This document shows, piece by piece, positions 10,726 through 22,489 of a stretch of 64,000 nucleotides of DNA (the first letter of the stretch is position 1; every line of letters begins with the position of its first letter). The stretch comes from an uncultured delta proteobacterium (GTDB taxonomy: Bacteria; Myxococcota_A; Polyangia; Palsa-1104). A model generated the notes under the pieces. The model saw only the letters and a list, made by a program, of their open reading frames with translations. It was not told where the DNA came from and searched no databases. The stretch lies in contig CAWAWS010000020.1 of NCBI GenBank assembly GCA_963785725.1, forward strand, positions 192,001 to 256,000, written 5' to 3'. The translations under genes and the position numbers were made by a program.

Positions 10726-11462
10726 AAGTCGTCCTCCTCGGCGGCACCGGCGGCATCGGCCGCGCCGTCGCGCAACAGCTGGCGCTGCGTGGCGATCGGC
10801 TGTTCCTGCTCGGCCGCGACGAGGCCGAGCTCGCCAAGAGCGCCGCCGATCTGCAGGCGCGCCATCCGCAAAAGCAGGCCGTCGGCTTCGCGCGCTGCGA
10901 CCTCGAAGATCCGTCGGGCTTCGCCGCCGCGCTCGACGCGGCCGACGCGGCGCTCGGCCACTTCGAGACCGTCGTCGTCACCGCGGCGCTGTTCGCGTCG
11001 CAAGAGGCGCTCGAGGCCGATATCGAGCTGACGCGGCGCCTCGTGACGGTGAACTACGCCAACACCGTCGTCTTCTGCGAGCATGCGCGCAAACGGCTGT
11101 TGGCGCGCGGCGGCGGTCGGCTCGTCGTGTTCTCGTCGGTGGCCGGCGACCGCGGACGCAAGCCGGTCATCATCTACGGCTCGAGCAAAGCGGGAATCGC
11201 CGCCTACTTGGAAGGGCTCGACCACAAGTTCGCGGCGCAAGGCTTGGCCGTCACCTGCGTCAAGCCCGGCTTCGTGAAGACGGCGATGACGGCGGGGTTG
11301 AAGCCGCCGCCGTTCGCCGGCGAGCCCGACGGCGTCGCGCGTGACGTCGTGCGCGCGCTCGACAAGCGCCGTCCGGTCGTCTACACGCCGAAGATGTGGG
11401 CGCTCGTGATGCTCGTCATCCGCTGGCTGCCCCGCTTCGTCATGCGCAAGATCAACTTCTGA
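10722..11462 (+). CDS. SDR, DprE2-like reductase
   Basis: GGTGGIG, SSVAGDRGR, YGSSKAG, KPGFVKTAMT; ATG overlaps the upstream stop. Confidence 0.85.
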   Translation: MKVVLLGGTGGIGRAVAQQLALRGDRLFLLGRDEAELAKSAADLQARHPQKQAVGFARCDLEDPSGFAAALDAADAALGHFETVVVTAALFASQEALEADIELTRRLVTVNYANTVVFCEHARKRLLARGGGRLVVFSSVAGDRGRKPVIIYGSSKAGIAAYLEGLDHKFAAQGLAVTCVKPGFVKTAMTAGLKPPPFAGEPDGVARDVVRALDKRRPVVYTPKMWALVMLVIRWLPRFVMRKINF

Positions 11463-12379
11463 TGGGCGTCGCCATTGCTCAGCAGCACTTCTTGGTCACG
11501 GGCGGCGCCGGCTTCATCGGCACGCACCTGTGTCGCGCCTTGTTGGCGCGCGGCGCGCGCGTCACCGCCATCGACAGCATGAAATACGCGCGCGAGCGCG
11601 ACTTCCCGGTGCGCCGCTTCACGCTCGGCACCGACCCGATCGACACGCTGCCGCTCGACGACGTGGCCGGCATCTTTCACCTCGCGGCCGAGAAGCACAA
11701 TCAGTCGCTGGCGACGCCCGAGGCGCTTTTTAGCGCGAATATAAACGGCACCCATCAGCTGCTGACGGCCGCGGCGTGCGCGGGCGTGCGCAAAGTCGTG
11801 TTCTCGTCGTCGCTGTACGCCTACGGCCGCATGCACGGACCGCCGATGCGCGAGGACGACCTGCCGATGCCGGCGACGCTCTACGGCATCACCAAATTGA
11901 CCGGCGAGCGGCTCGTCGCCCACGCGCGCACGCTCGGCTTGCCCGGCACGGTCTTGCGCTACTTCTTCGTCTACGGCCCCGAGCAGTTTCCCGGCATGGG
12001 CTACAAGTCCGTCATCGTCGCCAACTTCGAGCGCCTCTTGGCCGGCCAGCCCGCGCTCGTGCACGGCGACGGCGCGCAGGCGCTCGACTACGTGTATGTC
12101 GACGATGTCGTGGACGCGACGCTGCGCGCGATGGAGGCCGACGTCGACGGGCCGCTCAACGTCGGCTCCGGCGTCGCCACGACCATCGGCGACTTGACGG
12201 CCCGCATGGTCGGCCTGACGCATGGCGCCATCGCGCACGACGCCGCCGACTGGACGGCCGGCTCATCGCGCGTCGGCGACACGAGCCGCATTCGCGCCGC
12301 GCTCGACTGGCAGCCGCGCGTCGGGCTCGACGAGGGGCTGGCCCGTACGCTGGCTTGGCTGCGGGCGAATCCGCACTGA
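11462..12379 (+). CDS. NAD-dependent epimerase/dehydratase
   Basis: TGGAGFIG, YGITK, RYFFVYGP, DYVYVDD. Confidence 0.9.
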   Translation: MGVAIAQQHFLVTGGAGFIGTHLCRALLARGARVTAIDSMKYARERDFPVRRFTLGTDPIDTLPLDDVAGIFHLAAEKHNQSLATPEALFSANINGTHQLLTAAACAGVRKVVFSSSLYAYGRMHGPPMREDDLPMPATLYGITKLTGERLVAHARTLGLPGTVLRYFFVYGPEQFPGMGYKSVIVANFERLLAGQPALVHGDGAQALDYVYVDDVVDATLRAMEADVDGPLNVGSGVATTIGDLTARMVGLTHGAIAHDAADWTAGSSRVGDTSRIRAALDWQPRVGLDEGLARTLAWLRANPH

Positions 12380-12406
12380 TCAGCGGCTACACGGCGGTCG
12401 ACGCGA

Positions 12407-12523
12407 TCAGCCGCCGCGATCATGGAACACGAGCACGAGCGCGACCCACCAGCCGACCACGACCGCCGCGATCAGCGCGATCCCAATCGACTCCTGCAGC
12501 GTCCGCTTCGTCATGATTCGCAT
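12407..12523 (-). CDS. possible small single-TM peptide (38 aa)
   Basis: MRIMTKRTLQESIGIALIAAVVVGWWVALVLVFHDRGG preceded by a purine-rich RBS. Confidence 0.4.
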   Translation of the reverse strand: MRIMTKRTLQESIGIALIAAVVVGWWVALVLVFHDRGG

Positions 12524-12665
12524 GTCTCTCCCCCCTACGATGCCGCCGCCGCCGCCAACGTTTCGTACGACCCGAGTCATGTAAGGCGCCACGGACCGTG
12601 ATGCAACCCGCGATGGAATATCGCCCCTGTCGTCGCGTTGACCAAGCGGACCAACGGAGGTGCTC

Positions 12666-12923
12666 ATGCTGCGTGTGTTTGCCTTGCTGCTGGCGCTCGG
12701 CGGAGTCGCCGCGGCGCAGTCACCGACGACGACGCGCTCGCTCCTGCTCAAGCGCTCGGTGTTCGATCTCGTCGGCGCCGCGACCGACGTGCACGCCATC
12801 TGCGACGGCCAACCGCCCGTCGCCGTAAGATTTCAACGCACCGCGGCCGACGTCGCCGCCGCCGTCTTCAGCGGCATGTGGTACACGCCCGCGCACCTGC
12901 GCGTGACCTGCGCCGCGCGCTGA
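12666..12923 (+). CDS. small exported protein, Bor/Iss-like
   Basis: GGAGG RBS, signal peptide, DVHAICDG...[14 protein letters not shown]. Confidence 0.55.
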   Translation: MLRVFALLLALGGVAAAQSPTTTRSLLLKRSVFDLVGAATDVHAICDGQPPVAVRFQRTAADVAAAVFSGMWYTPAHLRVTCAAR

Positions 12924-12969
12924 TCCAATTCGCGGGCGAGCGCCGGCCGAATCGTTTACGCTCGCGCCC

Positions 12970-14924
<1,955 letters not shown>

Positions 14925-15159
14925 CGCGCTTCGCGATCGCGGCCGCTGTCGCCGCGAGACCCACGTTTACGGCAAAAACCGCGCACAAAACCGCATTAAA
15001 CACGCAGCGTCATCGTCCGATGTTGGAGGTATTGGCGATGCTGCGACTCACGACGATGTCGGCGCTTTCCCACCTTTCCGCGGCGAAAAAGCGGCGCCGC
15101 CATGCGCGAGTCGTCGGGCGCAAAACCAATAATCGTTGTACAATGACCAAAGCATCATT

Positions 15160-16830
15160 ATGAGCGCGACCTCACTCCGCGGTGGTGGCGAAGGCGAAAT
15201 GTTCGGCCGTTATCGGCTGGTCCGCGAGCTCGGCCGTGGTGGCATGGGCGTCGCGTACCGCGCCGTGAGCGAAGGGCCGCAAGGTTTCGCCCGCACCTGC
15301 GTCATCAAACGAATCGTCCCGCACTTGTCGAGCGACGCCGGCTTCATCTCGTCGCTCGTCGCCGAAGCCAAGCTCTCGGGCATGCTCGTCCATCCCGGCA
15401 TCGTCCAGGTCTACGAGCTCGGGCAGGTCGAGGGCGAATATTACGTCGCCATGGAGTACGTCGACGGCCTATCGCTGTGGCAAGCGATGAAGCGCTGTCT
15501 GCAGATGGGCCGCACGATGCCGCCCGGTGTCGTCTGTTACCTCATTTCCGAGATGGCCGTGGCGCTCGGCTACGCGCACACGCTCGACGACGACTCGGGC
15601 CGTCCGCTCGGCATCGTGCACCGCGACGTCAGCCCGTCGAACGTCATGCTCGGCCGCACCGGCACCGTCAAGCTGCTCGATTTCGGCATCGCGCGCGCCG
15701 CCGGTCAGCTCAGCGATCACGCGACGCGCACCGGCACGCTCAAGGGCAAGTTCGCCTATATGTCGCCGGAGCAGGCCGAAGGTCACGACATCGATCGCCG
15801 CTCCGATCTGTTCGCGCTCGGCGTGCTCTTCTGGGAAGCGCTGACGCTGCGTCGCCTGTTCGCCGGTCCCGACGACATGCAGACGCTCAGGCTGGTGCGC
15901 GAAGCGAAAGTGACGCCGACCGGCCTCGATCCCAAGATCGACGAGGTGCTGCTCAAGCTGTTGGCGCGCGATCCCGAAGCGCGCTGGTCGAGCGGCGACG
16001 AAGTAGCGGCGGCGCTGCATCCGCTGGCGCACCGTCTCGAAGGCAACACGTTCTCGACGCGCCGCTTCGTCAGCGAGCTGATGGCCGTCGATCCGAAAGA
16101 GCCGCTCTTGGCCGCGGTGCCGCCGCCGCCCGCCGAAGCGACGCAGCTGAGCGGCAAGAAGATGCCGCGCCCGACGACGACGAGCCGCCGCATCGTCGAA
16201 GGCACGACGCCGCCGAGCCGCCGCAACGCCAACGCCGACAGCACCACGCCGTCGCTGGTGCCGGCGACGGGCGGCTCGGGCTACGAGATCAAGGGCTCGA
16301 TCGTGCGCGCCTATACGATGCACATCGAGCAAATGGGCATCTTGCCGACGGTGCTGAGCCAGGTGACGCCCGAGACGCGCAAGCTGATGACCACCGAGAT
16401 GCCGCTCTCGAACGTCTGGGTCGACGCCGGCGTCATCGAGGACATGATCGGCAAAGTCGAGGCGCTCAAGGGGCTCGACGGCGTGCGAACCATTACGCGC
16501 GCCGGTATTTACACGGGCGCGCTGCCGATCTTGAAGCCCGTCGTCGTGCCGATGCTGCGGCTGTTCGGCATGTCGCCGCATACGCTGTTGCAGCGGTTCG
16601 GGCAGTTCACGAAGAACAACCTGCGCGGCATGGAGCTCGTGTGGACGCCCGAAGGCGACCGCGCCGGCAACCTCAAGGTCACGTTCCCGCGTCGCACGCC
16701 GCGCAGCGCGTACATCGGCTTCGAGAGCGGCATGTGGGTCATCTGCGAGCTGTGCTCGGTCAAGGGCGAGATCGCCGACACCGAGATTCGGCCCGATGGG
16801 CAGGTCGGCATCATCCGCCTGAAGTGGTAG
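15160..16830 (+). CDS. Ser/Thr protein kinase with C-terminal DUF2378-like domain
   Basis: [28 protein letters not shown]-terminal IKGS...PLSNVW domain. Confidence 0.9.
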   Translation: MSATSLRGGGEGEMFGRYRLVRELGRGGMGVAYRAVSEGPQGFARTCVIKRIVPHLSSDAGFISSLVAEAKLSGMLVHPGIVQVYELGQVEGEYYVAMEYVDGLSLWQAMKRCLQMGRTMPPGVVCYLISEMAVALGYAHTLDDDSGRPLGIVHRDVSPSNVMLGRTGTVKLLDFGIARAAGQLSDHATRTGTLKGKFAYMSPEQAEGHDIDRRSDLFALGVLFWEALTLRRLFAGPDDMQTLRLVREAKVTPTGLDPKIDEVLLKLLARDPEARWSSGDEVAAALHPLAHRLEGNTFSTRRFVSELMAVDPKEPLLAAVPPPPAEATQLSGKKMPRPTTTSRRIVEGTTPPSRRNANADSTTPSLVPATGGSGYEIKGSIVRAYTMHIEQMGILPTVLSQVTPETRKLMTTEMPLSNVWVDAGVIEDMIGKVEALKGLDGVRTITRAGIYTGALPILKPVVVPMLRLFGMSPHTLLQRFGQFTKNNLRGMELVWTPEGDRAGNLKVTFPRRTPRSAYIGFESGMWVICELCSVKGEIADTEIRPDGQVGIIRLKW

Positions 16831-16979
16831 TGAACCTGCGGCGCGGCGCAATCGCGTCGTTGTCGCTCCGGTCCGGGCTCACAGACCGCTCCGCTGCGGT
16901 CCTCGCTCCGCCTAGCGCTTGAGCCGCTCGCGACGGTTTACCGGCGAGCGCGATAGTTTACCGGCGCGGCGAACGTCGG

Positions 16980-17960
16980 CTAAATCAGACCGCGAGCGCG
17001 GAAGGACTTGATCGCGTCCGAGATCGACTCGCGCACCGAGCGCGGATGGAAGTCGAGCTCGCGTTCGGCCTTCTCGTGGCTGACGTCGTGATGGTTGCGA
17101 ATGGCGTGCAGCGACGCGCTGTTGAACAGCGGCCGCCGGCCGACGATCCGCGCCCACGCGACCGCGAACGGCGCCGCGCCGCGCGCCAGCCACATCGGCG
17201 ACACCATCTTCGGCGTCTTGGCGCCGCCTTGCGACTCCAAGATCGCGCACACCTCGGCGATGGTCGCGCGAAATCCCGACAATAAATAGCGCTCGCCGCG
17301 TCGCCCCTTTTCGCCGGCGGCGATGGCCGCCTCGGCCACGTCACGCACGTCGACCCAGTTGAAGCCGCCGTCGACGATGCCCGGCAGCTTGCCGCGAAAC
17401 AGATCGAGCACGAGCTCGCCCATGTGCGACGGCCCGAAGTCGTTGGGCCCGGTGACGCCCGTCGGATTGACGGTCACGACGTCGAGGCCGCGCTCGAGCC
17501 CCTCCTTGATCTCGCGCTCGCCGTCCGCCTTCGAACGATCGTACGGCGGCACCGACTCGTTGGTCACGAGCGGCCGCGTCTCGTCCACGCGCTGCGCCTT
17601 CGGCAGCGTCGACAGCGCGTGAATGGAGCTGAAGTGCACGAGCCGCCGCACGCGCTGCTGCAGACACGCCGCGACGACGTTGCGCACGCCGCCGACGTTC
17701 GTGGCGCGCATGATCGCCTTTTCGCGGTCGTCGAGCGAGATCTTGGCGGCGAGGTGGTAGACGATGTCGGCGCCTTCGAACAGCCGCAACAGGGACTGCG
17801 GATCGGCGACGTCGCCGGCAAATTCGTCGACGGCGATGCCTTCGAGCGCGGCGCGGCTGCGTTGATGGACGAGCACGCGCGGGCGAAGGCCACGCGCGGC
17901 GAGGCTGCGCACGAGATTGGCCCCGATGTGGCCAGTGGCGCCGGTGACAGCGACGAGCAT
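16980..17960 (-). CDS. NAD-dependent epimerase/dehydratase (DFR/HpnA-like)
   Basis: TGATGHIG, YHLAA, YDRSK, VDVRDVA, GERYLL. Confidence 0.88.
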   Translation of the reverse strand: MLVAVTGATGHIGANLVRSLAARGLRPRVLVHQRSRAALEGIAVDEFAGDVADPQSLLRLFEGADIVYHLAAKISLDDREKAIMRATNVGGVRNVVAACLQQRVRRLVHFSSIHALSTLPKAQRVDETRPLVTNESVPPYDRSKADGEREIKEGLERGLDVVTVNPTGVTGPNDFGPSHMGELVLDLFRGKLPGIVDGGFNWVDVRDVAEAAIAAGEKGRRGERYLLSGFRATIAEVCAILESQGGAKTPKMVSPMWLARGAAPFAVAWARIVGRRPLFNSASLHAIRNHHDVSHEKAERELDFHPRSVRESISDAIKSFRARGLI

Positions 17961-18023
17961 CGTCCCAGCGTAAAGGTTCTGCCGGCGCGTCGCCAGTCCT
18001 ATGATGCGTAAGACGCGACCGCG

Positions 18024-18542
18024 TTACAGCTTGAGGGTCGTGCCGCCGTTGACGGTCAAGGTGAGCGAGATGCCGAGGCTCCAGTCGTTGGCCGGCGCCA
18101 CCATGTCGATGGTCGCGTCGACGTTGACCGACTTCGTCAGGTAGAGCGCCGGGTCGAAGTCGACGTTGACGGGCAGCGTCAACGTGCCGTCGGCCGCCGG
18201 CACGAGCTGGTCGGCGCTGGCCGAGATCAGCGTCAAGTCGGGCGCGCCGTCGACCTTGATGGCGATGTCGAGCTGGCGGAAGAAGTCGAGCGTCGTCACG
18301 CCCGACGCCGGCGTCAGCTTGACGCTCTGCACCGAGGCCGACTTCAAGTCGTTCTCGAGCGAGCTGACGTTGCTGTTGTCGAGCACGAAGCTGTTCGAGA
18401 CCGACATCTCCGAGCCGCCGGCCGCACCGGCGCCGGGGAACATCGACGTGCCGGCGTTGGCGGTGATGCCGGTGACCTTGGCGTCGACCCGAACGCAGCC
18501 ACCCGCGACGGCGGCGAGAAACGCGAGCGCGAGGATCCGCAT
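18024..18542 (-). CDS. hypothetical lipoprotein
   Basis: MRILALAFLAAVAGGC lipobox, beta-rich body; start overlaps the upstream stop. Confidence 0.7.
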   Translation of the reverse strand: MRILALAFLAAVAGGCVRVDAKVTGITANAGTSMFPGAGAAGGSEMSVSNSFVLDNSNVSSLENDLKSASVQSVKLTPASGVTTLDFFRQLDIAIKVDGAPDLTLISASADQLVPAADGTLTLPVNVDFDPALYLTKSVNVDATIDMVAPANDWSLGISLTLTVNGGTTLKL

Positions 18543-19108
18543 TACAGGTACACCACGAGGCCGAGCTTGGCCGACGGTCCCCACACCTTCAACGCCGCGT
18601 TCGAGAACTGCATGTTTGTCCCTTTGTCCTGCGTGACCGAGATGTCCATGTAACTGACGCCGGCATGGATGAAGAAGCAGACGCGCTTTTGCGCACCCAC
18701 CTCCATGCCGAGATGCGCATCGAAGTAGTCGTAGCCAATCTTGTAGCCGTCGAGCGGAATGCCGATCGAGCGCGGGATGCCGTGCGTCTCGGCGTTGAAG
18801 ACGTGGCCGCCTTCCGCCGTCAGCGACGGGCTGACGATGGTCTTGAGCGGCACGAGCGTGAGCCCCGCGCCGATGCCGCCCGAGAAGAGGTCGGTCGTGC
18901 CCGTGGCCTGCACGCGCATCCACCACATCGGCCGCGCCGTCAGCGACAGGCCGACGAGATCGGGCGCGCCCAAGTCGAGCCCGATGCCGAACCAGCTCGG
19001 CTTCGACGGCAGCTGCAGCGCGCTCGCGTTGAGCATGATGTCATCGGCCGACGCGCGGCCGGCAAACGCGGCGACCAGCGCCAGGGTAAAGAGGACCTTC
19101 TTACGCAC
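18542..19108 (-). CDS. putative small outer-membrane beta-barrel protein
   Basis: Signal peptide ending ASA, alternating beta strands, C-terminal LGLVVYL. Confidence 0.65.
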   Translation of the reverse strand: MRKKVLFTLALVAAFAGRASADDIMLNASALQLPSKPSWFGIGLDLGAPDLVGLSLTARPMWWMRVQATGTTDLFSGGIGAGLTLVPLKTIVSPSLTAEGGHVFNAETHGIPRSIGIPLDGYKIGYDYFDAHLGMEVGAQKRVCFFIHAGVSYMDISVTQDKGTNMQFSNAALKVWGPSAKLGLVVYL

Positions 19109-19284
19109 GAAGAGACCATCGGTCGATGTGCGATCGGCTTGAGCGATCACGTTAGGGCATTTGCTGCGCGAAAAACGTGCGTAAACCGCTGTCGTGCGCG
19201 CACTTCGGAGATGCGCGCGCACAGCGGATCACGACGCGAAGCGAGCGAACAGGACGGGCGTGAAAGTGGGAGCGCGGCGCTGTT

Positions 19285-20745
19285 TCAGCCGGCGCGCGAG
19301 CGCACGGGCGGCAGCTGGACCTGGAGCTTCTTCCTGCGCGCGATCTTCTGGTCGTACATGGCGGCGTCGGCGCGCTCGATGAGCTGCTCGAGCGAACGGC
19401 TCTCGTCGCCGGGCTCGTCTTTGGCGACGCCGATGCTCATGCGAATCTTTTTGTCGCTGAGCTTCTTCTCGATGCGTTCGAGCAGCACCGTCTCGTCCTC
19501 GATGCCGACGGCGAGCACGACGAACTCGTCGCCGCCCAGCCGTCCGACGAGGTCGGACTTGCGCACGCTCTCGGCCAGCGCCTCACCGCCGGCGCAGATG
19601 GCGGCGTCGCCGGCCGCGTGGCCGAGCTGATCGTTCAACGGCTTCAACCCATCGAGATCGGCGAACAGGATCGTCACCGGCTGGCTCGTCGCCCGCGCTT
19701 CGCGCAAGAGCGCGCCGCCGAGCTCGAGAAAGCCGCGCCGATTGTAGAGATGCGTCAGCTGATCGACGACCGCCAAGTAGTGCAACGTCTCGGCGCGCTG
19801 CTGCAGCTTGAGCTCCGCCCGTTTGCGCGTCGTAATGTCCTTGGCGAACGCCGCCACGCCCGTGACTTTGCCTTCGACGACGATGGGACCGAACGACACC
19901 ATGAAGTGGCGCAGATGGCCGCGCAGCTCGTACGCGACGTCGATGGTCACGCGCTCACCGGCGAGCGCGCGATCGTACGGCTCGCGCCACGCCGCGTACT
20001 CGGCCAGCGCCAGCCCTTCGGTCTCGCGCTTGGCCTCCGCCGGAAACACGCCGGCCGCCTGCGCCAGCACGAAGAAGCGTTGATTGTGCGCCGTCACGTG
20101 CAGCTCGCGATCGACGGCCCACACCGCGTCGACGCCGTTCTCGAGCAGCGCCGTCGTCTGCGCTTCGGTCTCCTTGAGCTGCTGCAGCGCCAGCCGTTGC
20201 GTCTCCAGCTGCTTCGACAGCCGCCACCACGCATAGGCGAACAGCGACAGCGACAAGAGGAGACTGCCAGCCGTAGTGACGTAGATGTGATCGAGGCTGG
20301 AGCGCGCGCGCCGCTTGCGCTCGAGCTGCAGCGAGATCTCCTCGGCGCGCATCTCTTCGGCCAGGCGACGCAGCGCGTGGAACTCCTGCAGCGGCCGCGC
20401 CAAGAGCGGCGCCATCGCCGCGATCCGCGCCTGCTGCTGCGGATTGTCCGTCGTGAACATGCGCAGCCGCGAGAACTCCTCGATGAGCAGCGCCGGCGCT
20501 TTCGGTCCGCGCTGCGGGTCATCGAGATCCTGCAGATTCAGCACGAAGCGGCCGACCGACGCGCGCACCGAGTTGGTGTGCAGCACCCAGGCCGCGTCTT
20601 CTTCGTAGCGCATGGCGCCGAGCGCCGTCTCCACCATCGCCGCCGCGAGCAGCAGGAGGCCGCCCGCGAACAGATAATGAATGCGGCGCGACCGCTTGAT
20701 CAGCGCAGCATTGGAGGTGACGAGCCCGGCCATCACCGCTTTCAT
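19285..20745 (-). CDS. membrane diguanylate cyclase (CHASE3-like, PAS, GGDEF)
   Basis: Two TMs, DNPQQQARI, PAS...DIT, DQLTHLYNRR, GGDEF with RKSD I-site. Confidence 0.92.
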   Translation of the reverse strand: MKAVMAGLVTSNAALIKRSRRIHYLFAGGLLLLAAAMVETALGAMRYEEDAAWVLHTNSVRASVGRFVLNLQDLDDPQRGPKAPALLIEEFSRLRMFTTDNPQQQARIAAMAPLLARPLQEFHALRRLAEEMRAEEISLQLERKRRARSSLDHIYVTTAGSLLLSLSLFAYAWWRLSKQLETQRLALQQLKETEAQTTALLENGVDAVWAVDRELHVTAHNQRFFVLAQAAGVFPAEAKRETEGLALAEYAAWREPYDRALAGERVTIDVAYELRGHLRHFMVSFGPIVVEGKVTGVAAFAKDITTRKRAELKLQQRAETLHYLAVVDQLTHLYNRRGFLELGGALLREARATSQPVTILFADLDGLKPLNDQLGHAAGDAAICAGGEALAESVRKSDLVGRLGGDEFVVLAVGIEDETVLLERIEKKLSDKKIRMSIGVAKDEPGDESRSLEQLIERADAAMYDQKIARRKKLQVQLPPVRSRAG

Positions 20746-20790
20746 CGGCGGTTGGCGCCGGATCTTGAGAATGGGCGCGGATTACGAAGG

Positions 20791-21252
20791 TTAAGCGGCG
20801 CGAACGGTGGAATTGGGCGCGATCGGCGACAAGGTGCGCTCGCCGTCGCCGGCCCGACCGTCGTGACCACTGCGACCGGCGCGGCCAGCCCGCCAGCGCT
20901 CGTGGTCCTCCCGGCTGTGCGCGTCGCCGATGCGCTTGTCGTTGCGCGTGCCGCCGAGCCCGCACACACGGCAGCACTTGCTGCGACCGAGGCGCGTCCG
21001 CGGCGGCGCGGCCGGCACGACGAGCTTCTGCGCCAAGCCGGTGACCATCGTCGACAGCTGCGCCGTCAGCGTCTCCAGCACCGTCGCGACTACTTGATCG
21101 ACGGTCTCGACGAGCAGCGATTTCAGCGTCCGTCGCAGCTCGGCCTCGATACACTGGATGGTCTGCCGCTCGAGCCGCGCGAGCTGCGTCCGAGCGTCGG
21201 GCCGGCGCGTCTCGGCCGGCTCACGCCCGGCGCGTTTGTCGATGCGTGCCAT
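20791..21252 (-). CDS. hypothetical protein with CxxC...HxxxxH motif
   Basis: Amphipathic helix followed by CCRVC...HSREDH. Confidence 0.5.
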   Translation of the reverse strand: MARIDKRAGREPAETRRPDARTQLARLERQTIQCIEAELRRTLKSLLVETVDQVVATVLETLTAQLSTMVTGLAQKLVVPAAPPRTRLGRSKCCRVCGLGGTRNDKRIGDAHSREDHERWRAGRAGRSGHDGRAGDGERTLSPIAPNSTVRAA

Positions 21253-21467
21253 GGCACCATCATGCGCTACCTTCGACATCGGGCAGATTGCCGGCAGGTA
21301 AGAAGCGGGTTTCTTCGCCGGCGCCCAGCCGCAAAACCGGGCTCACCTGGGCGATTTTGTCACAGCTCTCCTGTTTTCGGAGGGTCGCACCCCACCGCTA
21401 GCGCGCCAACTGCCTCGAAATACAGGCGCTGATGCTTGGCGCGGAACTTGGAGCCTATTGGCGCACC

Positions 21468-22484
21468 ATGGGTGACGTCACCGCAGGTTCGACGTCCGCG
21501 CGCCGCTGCTCACAATGCGGCGGCTCGACCCATTTGCGCACGCCGCACGTCGTCATCGATGGGCCGACCATCCGCACCTTCTGCTCGGCCGATTGCGCCG
21601 CGCAGGCCGCGCAGGGCGAGCCGGCGATGCCGCTCGTGCCGCCGGAGCCGGCGCGACCGCCGCGCCGCTGGGCGCGCCGACTCATGAACCTCAGCCTCGG
21701 CGTGCCGATGCTCTTGTACACGAGCGGACGACCGCTGCCGCCGCATCCGACGGCGCTGGCCGCATCCTCGTCGGCGCCGTCGGATGCATCGGCGACGCAT
21801 ACGATCGCGGCGTCGACGCTGCCCGATCCGGCGCTGTTCGGCCCGCGCTGGCCGCCCAACGATCAAGACTGGCTCGACGAGATAGCCGGCGACGCCTGGG
21901 TGCATCCGCTCGACGGACCCAATCGCCGCATGCCCATCAGCGACAGCCGCGTCTTCGGCGCCGAGCGCGCCGGCGATCGCCCCGGCGAATGCCGCAACGG
22001 CCACTGCGGCGTCGACTTGTCGGGCCCGTGGGGCGAGCCGGTGCACGCCGTGCATGACGGCGTCGTCGATCGCGTGCAGCGCGGCCCCAACGACGAGCAC
22101 GGCGGCCTCTACGTGCGCATCGCCCATCGCGACGGCACCATCTTCTCGCAGTATTTCCACTTGGCGGCGATCCCACGTCATCTCGAGCCGGGCGTGCACG
22201 TCAAAGTGGGCGAGGTCGTCGGGCTGCTCGGCGACTCGGGCGTCAAGCACTCGGCGCCGCATCTGCATTTCGCGCTCTCGGTGCGGCCGGCGGCGAACGC
22301 GACCGAGAAGTACATGGATCCCGAGCCGCTCATCGCGCTCTGGCCGCTGCGTCTGGCGACCGGCGACACGACCGGCATGTTGACGGCGCGCGCGGCGCCC
22401 GGCGTGCCGCACGGCGCCGCGTCGCGCCATGCGCGCCATCACGCGGCCGCGGCCGCGGACGACGACAGCGGCCCGTCCGAATAG
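21468..22484 (+). CDS. M23 metallopeptidase with N-terminal Zn finger
   Basis: CSQC...FCSADC; HCGVD, YFHL, PHLHF. Confidence 0.88.
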   Translation: MGDVTAGSTSARRCSQCGGSTHLRTPHVVIDGPTIRTFCSADCAAQAAQGEPAMPLVPPEPARPPRRWARRLMNLSLGVPMLLYTSGRPLPPHPTALAASSSAPSDASATHTIAASTLPDPALFGPRWPPNDQDWLDEIAGDAWVHPLDGPNRRMPISDSRVFGAERAGDRPGECRNGHCGVDLSGPWGEPVHAVHDGVVDRVQRGPNDEHGGLYVRIAHRDGTIFSQYFHLAAIPRHLEPGVHVKVGEVVGLLGDSGVKHSAPHLHFALSVRPAANATEKYMDPEPLIALWPLRLATGDTTGMLTARAAPGVPHGAASRHARHHAAAAADDDSGPSE

Positions 22485-22489
22485 CCGCG

